NCBI GenBank assembly: GCA_020536535.1
Contig: JAHLWZ010000839.1
Location: forward strand, 1-64,000
DNA from: Pelomyxa schiedti
Lineage: Eukaryota; Protista; Evosea
Reading direction: 5' to 3'
Length of the DNA stretch: 64,000 bases
The notes below the pieces were generated by a model. That model did not search any database and was not told the origin of the DNA. It worked only from the letters and a program-made list of their open reading frames with translations. Of the stretch, positions 1 to 9,992 are shown piece after piece; position 1 is the first letter of the stretch; each line of letters begins with the position of its first letter. The position numbers were made by a program, and so were the translations under genes.

Positions 1-589
1 CCCCCGAAGTGAAAAAAAAAAAGAAACTTTTTGTGAAGCTTGGGTTTTGCATTTTTTTTTCAGTGTATGGAGCTGTTAAGTGTAGACAAAAGTCAGCCCC
101 TGTTTCTATGACCCTATCTTCAGGAGGGGATCCGGAAGCGGAGGTAGAACGGGATGAAGTGGGGCTGTGAGAGTGGAGCTCAGTGACCTTGGCGGTGCTT
201 CTGTGGCTCTTGCTCGTACTTATTCCTCTATCTGCACTCCTGTCTCTATGCACGCTTCCTTCTTGCTCTCCTCAGTCTTGGCACTCCTACTGGTATCCTG
301 CCCCTGTCCCTGCGGAATCAGCTTCAACAGGGTTTTGGGAACAGTGGCTGTTCCCCACAGTACTATCCCGGATCAGTTGTGGGTTTGACAAGTGACATGG
401 GTTGGTGTTACTTGGGTGAGCTGACGCTGTCCAAGTGGAAGTGAAAGCGGAAGTGGAAGTCGAAGAAGCCGTGGTGCTTGTGAGATTGGAGGTTGTGTTG
501 GAAGTGGATGTGCCATTGCATTCGAAATTGTAATTGCAATTGCGACTGCGAGCATGGGATGTGAGGGACGCAACGGCCCCGTCCCTCAC

Positions 590-895
590 CACCACCACCA
601 CCACCACAGCCACCGCGCACAGCATACACGCCGTCGACGAGCTCCTGGCCCAGCTACAGGCCGCCGGCGGCGCACAGGCCCCACAGCACAGCCGCGCACT
701 CCCTTTCGTTGTTCCTCGTGGCCTTGTGGCTGGCTACCCACTTGTCGCACCTCATGCCCTTCCATCCACTCGGCCCTGCACAGGACAGGGGCGGCGAGGG
801 CCTCGCGGCACACCTTGGGGACGAGGGGGAACAGCGCCTCCGCCACGCCCAGCAGCCACACCACGCCGTCGTTGGGTCCCGCGTCCAGTTCCTTG
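590..895 (-). pseudogene. Probable disrupted fragment of a lineage-expanded helical/ankyrin-like protein family
   Basis: GC-rich, coding-like sequence reads GVVWLLGVAEALFPLVPKVCREAL in one frame, then RCDKWVASHKATRNNERECAAVLWGLCAAGGL*LGQELVDG in another. There is an apparent frameshift near 770 and an in-frame TAG at 656-654, with no intron found to repair either. Confidence 0.4.
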
Positions 896-1115
896 TTTTT
901 TGGCCAATCTGTCTTGGTTGCAGGCCCCAATTCCCGGCCTCCATCTCAACCAATTTCTTTGGAAGAAACTTCCAACAGAGAATAAAAAAAAAAAGGATGT
1001 TGACGGACTCTTCCTGATATTGTTTTGTAAGTTACAAAGGATGGTGCACAGCCAGCACACAGGGGACTGTTTGTGAGGTGGATGCATTATCCGCATCCAC
1101 CAACCATCGAGCCAA

Positions 1116-4100
1116 TCAAAGCTGAGAAGCTGAGGAGCCACCACCAGGAGGGTGCAGAGGGGTCGATGGGGCAGTTGTTGGCTGGCGAGGAGGCGCTGCC
1201 CCCTTGGTTCCAGGGTTGCTGGTGCCTGTGGAGTGCCGCAATGCTGGATTGCTTGATACTGGCGCTGCTGTTGTTGATGATGATGCCGCCGGCGTGGGTG
1301 ACGTGGGCGGCGGGGGCTTCGTGCCCGGCGGCGGCGGGAGCGGCCGCTTCTTCATGGCTGCCGCTGATGAACCCTTCGAAGAGCCCAGCGCAATGGAGTC
1401 GAATGCTTCGGCCACAACTTTGACTGAGGCGGATTCTGTTGTGTGGGAATTCATTTAGTTAGGTGTGTGATGGTGTAGGTAGGTTGTTTGAGATTGTGGG
1501 GAATGCACATTACCTGGGGCGACTATGTGGGAATCAGATAGTGCAGAGCGGTGGTCTGTGGATGCCAGCTGGGTTTTGGCGGGGGTGCGTGTGGGTGTGT
1601 CAGGTGCAGGGCCAAGCGGGCCGCGCCTCAGAGTTGTCTGAGGGGACTGCACCGCCACCTGGGCCAAAGGCTGCGTGGTGACCGGTGCCGGGTGCGTGGG
1701 AGGCTGAGTGGGAGGGTGCGACGGGGGCTGCGTGGCAGGGGGGTGGGCCGGGTGAGCCGGCGGCTGCGTCGTGGGGTGCGAGGGAGGCGGCGAGGCCGGG
1801 TGTATCGGGCGAGTCGGCGCCTGCGTGGTAGGCGGCGGCTGGGTGGCCGCGTGCACCGCGGGCTGGGCCTGCGTGGCTGGCTGCGTTTGCGGGGGCACTT
1901 GGGGGTGATCGGGCCTCCGCTTGAGGAAGTCGACTTGCTGCGAGAGTGTGGCGCACTTCTCCTCCAGCTGTTGTTTTGATCGGTTGCTCTCCTCCAGCTG
2001 CTTCTTGAGGCTTTCCATCTCATCATTGCGGGCGTTCAATCTTTGTTGGAGCTCACCAAAACGCAAGTCGCCATCCTTGAGTTTGGTTAGGTGATCCTGT
2101 TGTTTAGTGGATTCAGCATCAAGGCTCTTTTTTAATTCGTCAATCTGGGTCTCCAAGGTATGAACTTGGGCGGAATTCTGGTCCTTCAAAGTTTGGAACC
2201 TTGCTTCTTCCATTGATGTGGCTTTGGCTTGTTCATCCAACCGTTTGTTGGCAGCCTCGAGCTCGTTGCGCAAATCATTGCACTGCTTCTCTGAGTCTCT
2301 GTGTCTCTGAATGATTTGCTCATAGACTTGCTGATCTGTGCTGGATCCTTTATTGACTTGGGCTAAATGCAATTGATCTGTAGTATGTTGAAGCTCGGAC
2401 TGTGCAGACTTGAGACTAGTTTGCAAAGAAGAAAGACTTTCGTCAAAGGATGAAGTCTTCTCTGTAAGAACTTTGTTCTCTGCTTCTAGCTTTTCTTTTA
2501 TTTGCTTTAGCTGTTGCAATTCCGTCTTAGTACAGTGAACGGAGATGCACTGCTTATGTAATTCTTCGATCATATGGGTTAATTGTTCTTTTTCTGCAGC
2601 ACTTCTCGCTTTTTCTTGTGATGATTTTGTTTGCAGATCAGCCACAAGTGCATTAGCTTGCGCTTTTTCTTCAGCAGCAGTGTTCAGCATAGCTCTCAAC
2701 TGTGGAATTTCTGCGATTTGCGGTTCAGCTGCCTTCAAACGAACTTCGAGAGATGCATTGGTGTTCTCTAATCCCCTTGCAACGACCTCAAGTTTATGAA
2801 GGTCGTTTTGGGCCTGGGTGAGTGCTTGTAAGCCCTCTTGGTGTTTGCTGAAGAGTGTAGAGTATCGGTTTTCTGCCTCCTCACACTTACAGGTTGCAAA
2901 GTCAAGTAGTTGCTTTACTCTTTGAAGCTCCATGGCACTTTGATCAGAAAGATGTTTGTACTTGTTTGCATCTTCAAGTTCCTTGGTTAATTCGGAAATT
3001 TGCTTTTCATGCTGCAATTTTTCCTGTCTCGCTCTTCCCATTTCTTGCTGGGTTTGTTCAGCGATTGATGCACAACGTTGGGCATCTTGTTTTGCCTCAG
3101 CGAGTGCGGCGGAGAACCCTTTTTCTCGCTCTGCAGCTTCTCTCAACTGCCCAGATAAGGCTTCTCTCTGTGTCAGGGCGTTGTCTCTTTCATCTCTCTG
3201 TAACTTGACAGTCTCCAGGGCTTTTTCTTTTGCAGAGATAGCCGCCGCCAGGTCAGCTTTCAGGGTGCTGATTTCTTTTTCATTTGCTAATTTTTCTTCT
3301 CTGAGTTTTGCGTGGATGGCATGGAGTTCTGACTCCTTCGTTTTCCAGTCTGCTTCTTTCTTGAGCCAGTGACTGCTGTTTATAGACTGCAAAGTCGAGT
3401 CTGGCTGGTTGCCTTGCTGAAGAGAAGGCTCGGAGCGGGAAGGGAATTGTTGAGCAAGTGACAACCTGGACTCCAGGTCTCTGATTCTTTGATCTGGAAA
3501 GGAAAATGTGAACAAAGTTTTTTCCTGATTCATCTTGCCTTTAATTTCTTCATACTGTTTTGACATAGCTATCTCATTGCTCAGGGACTCCGTGAGTTGG
3601 GTTATCAACTGTCGGATTGGTTCTTCCGATGTCTGGGTATCCACAGACAAAATTTCTTCTCTGACGTGAGCAAGTTCAGTGTCCCAACTCTCTTCTAGGT
3701 GGGAAATAGTTTCCTCGAGCTCTGCAATTTTTTCTTGTTGTTTGCTGTCGCGAAGAGAAACTAGAAGAGAATCAAAGGAGGGCTGGAAATTGGTCTTACA
3801 AACTCGTTTCCATTGCAGTATTCAATGAGTCAAGGCACCCCAAAATAAGTTCGTGCCTGGCAAAAAAAAAAAAATGCTTTAACAACCTCCCTAAAAAAAT
3901 GAAACGTACGGATCGTTGCTGTAACCATCTGAAGTTTGCTCTTGCAATGCAGCCTGCACCAAAGTAAAAAATGAGTGTAAAATCTTGAGGATTTTTCATA
4001 CTTGGCATAGAGTCCAATTTTGGGAGAATGCTACCACAAATTGGTTTGCCAGCTGTTGCCAAGTGAGCAGTGGAGAATTTGGTTGAGATGATTGAGTTGT

Positions 4101-5619
4101 TGGTTGAGTAAGCGGTTGCGGTGATGCTGGCTGTGGTGTATCTTGTACAACTGGTTTGCTCGACGTTATTGGCACTGGGCTAATGTGCGCTGCGGGTTGC
4201 GTGGGGGTTGCTGCTTTTGAATCGGAAGGCTCGACAACAACTTTAGGTTCGGGAGTTGCTTGAACGGGCTCAACCTCCGCGGTGGGATGAGCAGTGGCTG
4301 AAGGTGGCACTGGAGTTTTTGTGGGAACGACAACAGTGGGTTTCTTCTCGTCTTTATGTGGAAGTTTATCTTTAGGTTCCTCTTTGTGAGGCTTCTTCTG
4401 TCCCTGCGGAAATATTAGATTTTGTCGGGTGAGTTCGTTGGCACACAAATAGGGTCCACTTCCTCCCAGGCTTTTCCTTTTTCTTGTCGTCATCTTCTGA
4501 GCAGGGTTTAGAAGCACAACTCGACTGGAAATTTAATATACTTACTGTTAATGGGGGGGTGAGACACTAGAGTGGCAGATGGCTGTGTGGGTGTGTGCTG
4601 TGACGGGGGAGGTTGCGGAGTGTGGAGAACTGGAGCAGACACTGACGCCGCATTGGCAGAACCAGTGGAAGCAGGAGTTGCTTTGGGGCCTGTTTCGGAT
4701 GGGGAAGAAACTGAGTCGCCCTGAGTTGAGTCCTGGGAAGGAGTATCTAATTGTAGAAGAGTGTCAACGATAGAAAGGTTAAACAAAACATACTTGCTGG
4801 TGCTACTTCTGTTGCAGAATGTGTACCTGGTGCACTTTCTAAATGGGTTTTAAGGTATAATAAAGAAACAACGATAAAGGACCTGAAAGCATTTCTTCAC
4901 TCACAGGCTCCAAGTAGTCTTTTGGAAAGTAGCCAACACTTGTTTTTTGCTTGACAAGCCACCAGTCGGGGTCATCTGTTTCAAGAACAGAAACTATGTC
5001 ATTGGCCTGGAGGGCAATGCGTCCTTCGCCTGGTATCACCTTGAGTTTACATACATATCCTGAGTATGTACCTGGTTCCGAGAAACTATATAAAACTTTA
5101 GCCACCTTGACTACAGGTTCGGCAATAATTTCGACATAGGCACATGGAAAGAACCCCACCTATCACAAAGTTTATCAGGAACATTCATAGTAATATTCTA
5201 ATATAAGCAACGGATTATTCTTCAAAGGATAATTTTGCAGTGATAGAATTTGCGGGATGACATACGAGGCCATTCAATTCACCTTGCCACCATTCATCGT
5301 CAACCTAAACACAGTGTGTTATACACGCCATTTTTAGGACCTTTGAAACGTGCCTTGTGGTGTAGGACAATAATATCGTCGGGTTTTATCGACAATTGAT
5401 TAGGTCCATCAGACGTGTATTCATACAATACTCTGCATTTTTCACAAGCTATGTGATTTTTTTTTTTGTTAAAAAAAAAGATAAAAAGTGGGGGGAAAAA
5501 AATCCCCGTGCGGTGTACGTGGTCGTAATGTGGAGGGATGGTGTAATTCTAAGAATTTTAGAGTTATGGGATGTACAGGGCTCGACTTCGTCGGGTTTGG
5601 GTTGCCCTTCCCCCGACAT
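1116..5619 (-). CDS. Multi-exon adaptor protein: two N-terminal SH3 domains, Pro/Ser/Thr-rich linker, long coiled coil, Pro-rich tail
   Basis: Spliced SH3-1 CRVLYEYTSDGPNQLSIKPDDIIVLHHK|VDDEWWQGELNGL|VGFFPCAYVE; SH3-2 AKVLYSF...IALQANDIVSVLETDDPDWWLVKQKTSVGYFPKDYLE; coiled-coil exon 1515-3650; last intron GTAATG...CTAAC...CAG (1514-1437) joins the KKRPLPPPP tail; ATG 5619, TGA 1118-1116. Confidence 0.85.
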
Positions 5620-5830
5620 CGTTTATTTTTTTTCTTTTTTTCACCCTTTCGTTGGTTTCGTCTTTAGTGGAATCCGCACAATCTGTTGTCTTTACTGGGA
5701 GTGCGATTTCGTTGCCTCAAAGAACCCAATGGGTGATGTGCCACGTCTCTTCGTTTACGAACCAACACTCCTCGAGTGGGTTTTTTAAAATTTGTTGTTT
5801 CAAAATAGGACTATCAGGGAGGTGAGGCCA

Positions 5831-7982
5831 TCAAAGTCCAGTCTGGAAGGTGTGGTTAACTGGTGTTCCGTAATGGGGTGTCCTACCTTCCAAGTCACCA
5901 TTTTCCCTTGAGGAATGTGATGCATTATGGCAACAGGGCAAATTGAGTGGCAAGAGGTGTTTCACTGACTGTGGCTTCTTTCTCTTGCTGTAACTGGATA
6001 CCGCCTGGGATATTGATGATAGCATGCCCGTTTTGGGTGGTGGTGTACCGCATAACTTGGTGAACCGGGCCTGCAACGCTGTGCGCGATAAGGTATCGAA
6101 AGCTTCTCTGATATTGGTTTCTGCTTTGGCGCTAGTCTATTTCTGGTTTGCACGCGTTAATTGGGTGAAGAAAAAGAACCTCAATTAATGGGCAGTTCCA
6201 CTTTCTGGCTAGTGCAAGGCCCTCATCGAGCGAGACTTCCCTTTTGGCTTCAAGATCACACTTACAACCAATGAGAACGACGGCACAGGCTCCTTTAATT
6301 CGACATATCTGCTCGTGGATGGCCACAAGCTCATCAAATGAGTGGTGATATGCTATTGAATAACTTGCAAGTGGTTATTTGAATCAAGGCCAAAATGACA
6401 TTACCAGAGTGCAAATACTTCACCAGGCACTATGTACCTGTATTGGGTCTCTTGAAATAGGAATATGTGGGAGGGGAAGTCCATACGAGTCTCTCGTTGA
6501 AGAATATCTTTCTTTAATTAGGAGAAATATATTAAAGTCTTGCGCAACTTACCCAGAATTATCAACTTTTAATTTGGAGTGGTTTAGTAAAGAAAAACAG
6601 ACATCAATAGTTACCTGTATCTAGGATATCAAGCACCACGGGGACAGAGTCGACAATGTGTTGCCGCCTGGAGGACTGTAGAAGTAAGGGTTTTTTCTGT
6701 TGTTACTGGGAAGACACACATCCTCAAGGGTTGGATCATAATCTGGAACAAACTGATTCTGTTTTTGTTTTTATTTTTTAAAGTTTCTTTTTACTTGGAG
6801 AGTATTACATGAGTAAAGCGGATTATAAAGTTAGATTTGCCCACGCCATCCTCACCCATACATATTATGCGCACTGGGTCTTCTGCAACCAACTCTAACA
6901 CTGAGACCTGTTGATATTTGGCAATCTCTCGTAGTGCATACTCTCCCATAACATTTCTGCAGCAGTGAAGTTTTTTAGGTCTTCCTCCCTTTGATAAGGC
7001 TTTCGATAAGGCTAATCCACCACTCTCGCCAAGAGAGCAGTTTTTGACTGACAGAACACGTAGCGGCGGAAGCCCCTTTACAGATGCACGTTCCACCATT
7101 GCCCTGGCGATGTGTGATATACCAACGTCGCCTATTGGATTCTCATCAAGGGTCAACTCCACTAGTGACTTGCTCATGGCTAGGGCTGAAGCTATAAGCT
7201 TCGCCCCACTAGAGTCTATGACACACCTACACAGTCTCAATTTATGCAGGGTGTTGCTGACAGAAATGTGAGGTGCAAGTTCCTCTATTGACGAATATGG
7301 CAGACTTCCATTTTCTATATTCAAAGTTGACAAGTGCTGCAAATGTGGAGCAAGTTCGTGTGCATTCTTTCTGGATATGACCCCGCTGCCCAATATTGAC
7401 ATCGCCCCCTTGAAATGGCCACATACATTCCCCATGCCCACAGCGAAATCTTTGGAAGTGCCTCCTCGAAACACAACATTCTCAAGCACTGCAAAGTGAC
7501 AGTGGCCGCTGTCAGACCCAACTGCGCAGTGATCACAGTTCTCACAGATTGCTGGGCAGTGCTCATCAGAACTTGGGTCTATTCTCACTGACGAAAATTC
7601 AGCCAAGAGTGTGAATAGCACTCGAGCTAATGATTCATTGAACAGCAAGTAGTCGTACGATCTTACTGGAAGAGAGAATTTACGTCCAGTGGTGAGCACG
7701 CCCCTAATAAAATCCGCAGGTGTTGCGTTCTCACCACACCCGAAATACTTGCACAGTGAGTCACAACTACATATCATATATTGTTGTTGTCAAAAAAGAA
7801 AAAAAGGGAAAAAAGTGGACAGTAAGTTGCCTTGTGCGATCGTGAAGAAGAAGTATAGTGGGGTTTATTTCGGCCTGCAGACCCTTGTGCACCAACAACA
7901 TAGCCATCTCTTGCACACACTCAGGGTCTGGATCCACATCAGGGGCTCTGCCCTCTCGCAACAACCGACCTACTCCCTCCAT
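5831..7982 (-). CDS. RNI-like leucine-rich-repeat protein fused to a C-terminal Ras-family GTPase domain
   Basis: LRRs (LHKLRLCRCVIDSSGAKLIASAL, LVELTLDENPIGDVGISHIA, LRVLSVKNCSLGESGGLAL), then G1 GEDGVGKS, effector loop YDPTLED, LDILDT, G4 CKCD and G5 ETSAK across several short introns. Start (7982 or 7777) is uncertain. Confidence 0.85.
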
Positions 7983-8121
7983 CTTGTTTGTTTTGTAAAT
8001 GTTTGTTCTCTGAACTGGGTTCGGCACAACACGGGATCTACAGTTTACCCTTTGGCTATCGGTGTGTTGGGCATGAAGAAAAGGATTCTTTTCTGAAACA
8101 ACTATGGGAGTTTGGGTTTGT

Positions 8122-9618
8122 TTAAGCAAGAACGATGAGAACGACGCCGGTGACAAGGTCTTTGATGGTATAGCGTTGAAACATTCGGTCCTTCTTAGAG
8201 AGGGATTTCCAAACCACAAGCCCACTCTGGAATGGAATCATGCACGGATATTGTACTGCCGGTGTTGGATCTGCTATCTGAAGAGGTTCGAGTGTGAGGC
8301 ACGGCGTATCAAGGTCCTTAATATGGTAAATCACAAGGCTCTTTGTTCCGTTATCTAGCACAGAGACGTGAGTTGCACCGATTGCGTCAACAAAGCAGTT
8401 TGAGCTGCCAAAGGTGCGTTGGGTTTCCACGTTGTAAATTCCATTGGGTGAAAGAACTACTTCCCTGGAAGGATCGTCCACGAACTGCGGGAATTCAGCA
8501 ATGATCGAGAACAAGGATCCAGAACCAACTGAAGTGACGGGAGCGGTGTCATCAAGTAGAATTTCCTTTGTGATGCATAGTGCCTGGGTTTCATAGGTTT
8601 TTTGCAAGTCTGCCCACTGGATACTGTACTGATCTCTCACCCGTCTGCCGAATAAAAGCAAGTAATCGAGGCTTGAATCACAGAACTTAACCCTTCTGTA
8701 GTCACATGTCAGTAGTAGGGGTGGTTCGAGCGGAAGACCATCCTTCACTTTCCACAGTTCGATACAATAAGTACCAGCAAGTACAATCCAGTTCTTATTG
8801 CAGTGGGGAGTCGGACGATGCATTCCATTACGATCACTTGTACAACTAGAAATGCACTTAACAACATGGCCACAGTTATCAACCACTTCCACGGCATTGC
8901 CGGCACCCATCATGTGGGTCTCCAACAAAAGCCTATCACCATGAGAACCAGTACTGCCGGAAATAAAACGTCCTTTTTCAGCTGATGTTGAAGTTGTTGG
9001 CTCTGCTTTTTTTTCGGTTCCAAACCACCCCAGAAGCCGGCCCGGGAATACTGAGGAAGTGTAGAATGAGTTATATCTTACAATGCCAAGAGTAAATGAG
9101 ATTGTAACAAAGATATGAGGGCCGTTGCTGTAATGGCTCCATGAGTTTGGGCAGTATTCCCACTCAGTGCCCTCCAGCGTAAATGCGGCCCTCCTTTCCT
9201 CTCCCACAATCCATTCCTGTCCAAGCAGACTCAAGGCACCATAACATTTCGACAGAACCCACACCGGGCTACCTCTTCTTCCCATAATTGCACGTGATGC
9301 AGGCTTACCGGTCCCGCCACTACTAAGTGCTGCCGCCCTAGGCTTGTCGAAGCCGGAGCCGCACCTCGCAATTATGGCCCCGACAGCAAAAGCAACAAAC
9401 TGAGCCCTGGCCGAAAGGCACACAGTGAGGCCACTGGGGCGATAGCTTCGGCCATTAACTACGTTCTCTGACGAGAGGACGCTGGGGCTCCTAGATGGGA
9501 TCCGCAGTTCCTGTTTCTTCACGGAGAAAGTAGGTGGGTCAAGGGGGTTGGGTTCGTGTGTTTGTTGAACTCTGACTCGGGCTTTCTTCGTGTGTGGCTC
9601 TGGGGCAGCGTCACCCAT
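8122..9618 (-). CDS. Intronless hypothetical protein of about 498 aa, beta-rich C-terminal half
   Basis: Uninterrupted 1.5 kb ORF; first ATG at 9618 (MGDAAPEP); motifs SARAQFVAFAVGAIIARCG and HCNKNWIV; no recognised enzyme motif. Confidence 0.7.
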   Translation of the reverse strand: MGDAAPEPHTKKARVRVQQTHEPNPLDPPTFSVKKQELRIPSRSPSVLSSENVVNGRSYRPSGLTVCLSARAQFVAFAVGAIIARCGSGFDKPRAAALSSGGTGKPASRAIMGRRGSPVWVLSKCYGALSLLGQEWIVGEERRAAFTLEGTEWEYCPNSWSHYSNGPHIFVTISFTLGIVRYNSFYTSSVFPGRLLGWFGTEKKAEPTTSTSAEKGRFISGSTGSHGDRLLLETHMMGAGNAVEVVDNCGHVVKCISSCTSDRNGMHRPTPHCNKNWIVLAGTYCIELWKVKDGLPLEPPLLLTCDYRRVKFCDSSLDYLLLFGRRVRDQYSIQWADLQKTYETQALCITKEILLDDTAPVTSVGSGSLFSIIAEFPQFVDDPSREVVLSPNGIYNVETQRTFGSSNCFVDAIGATHVSVLDNGTKSLVIYHIKDLDTPCLTLEPLQIADPTPAVQYPCMIPFQSGLVVWKSLSKKDRMFQRYTIKDLVTGVVLIVLA

Positions 9619-9992
9619 TAAAAGTATTCGCGAACGTACACGAAAAGTTTCGGTTGCTGATTGGAAAAAGTGCACATCCCCAAAAAATCTCTCAGTTCCA
9701 ACTGAAACTGCTTGTGTGAAGCTTGAATACCTGCTACACCAGTGATAAGCGAATCTCCTGGGGGAGTGGCCAGCTCACTCCAAGCATCCTTTGAAACCTT
9801 GCCTTTTCAGCACTCTGAACAATTTCCTCCCCCGGATATGAAAGTTACACGGCAGATCAACGGAAAAAAAAACCAAAAGGGACGAAGCAACGAACCAGCC
9901 CCGACAACTCCCAACCTCTGGGCTCCCCAACCGCAACCAAACCCGAGCGCACCCCTCCTATTCCCATAATACCTGCCCCACAACGTTAAAGG

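Noticed and set aside
60-560. Possible Ser/Thr-rich coding region on the minus strand
   Set aside because: Stops occur in all frames and there is no recognisable domain, so it cannot be supported as a gene.
1116-1457. Apparent stop-codon readthrough: the 731-aa ORF ends in TAA immediately before the ATG of an in-frame ORF
   Set aside because: A canonical GTAATG...CTAAC...CAG intron (1514-1437) removes the stop and keeps frame.
5831-7982. Roco/LRRK protein
   Set aside because: The GTPase is Ras-like (YDPTLED, ETSAK) and no COR or kinase domain follows.
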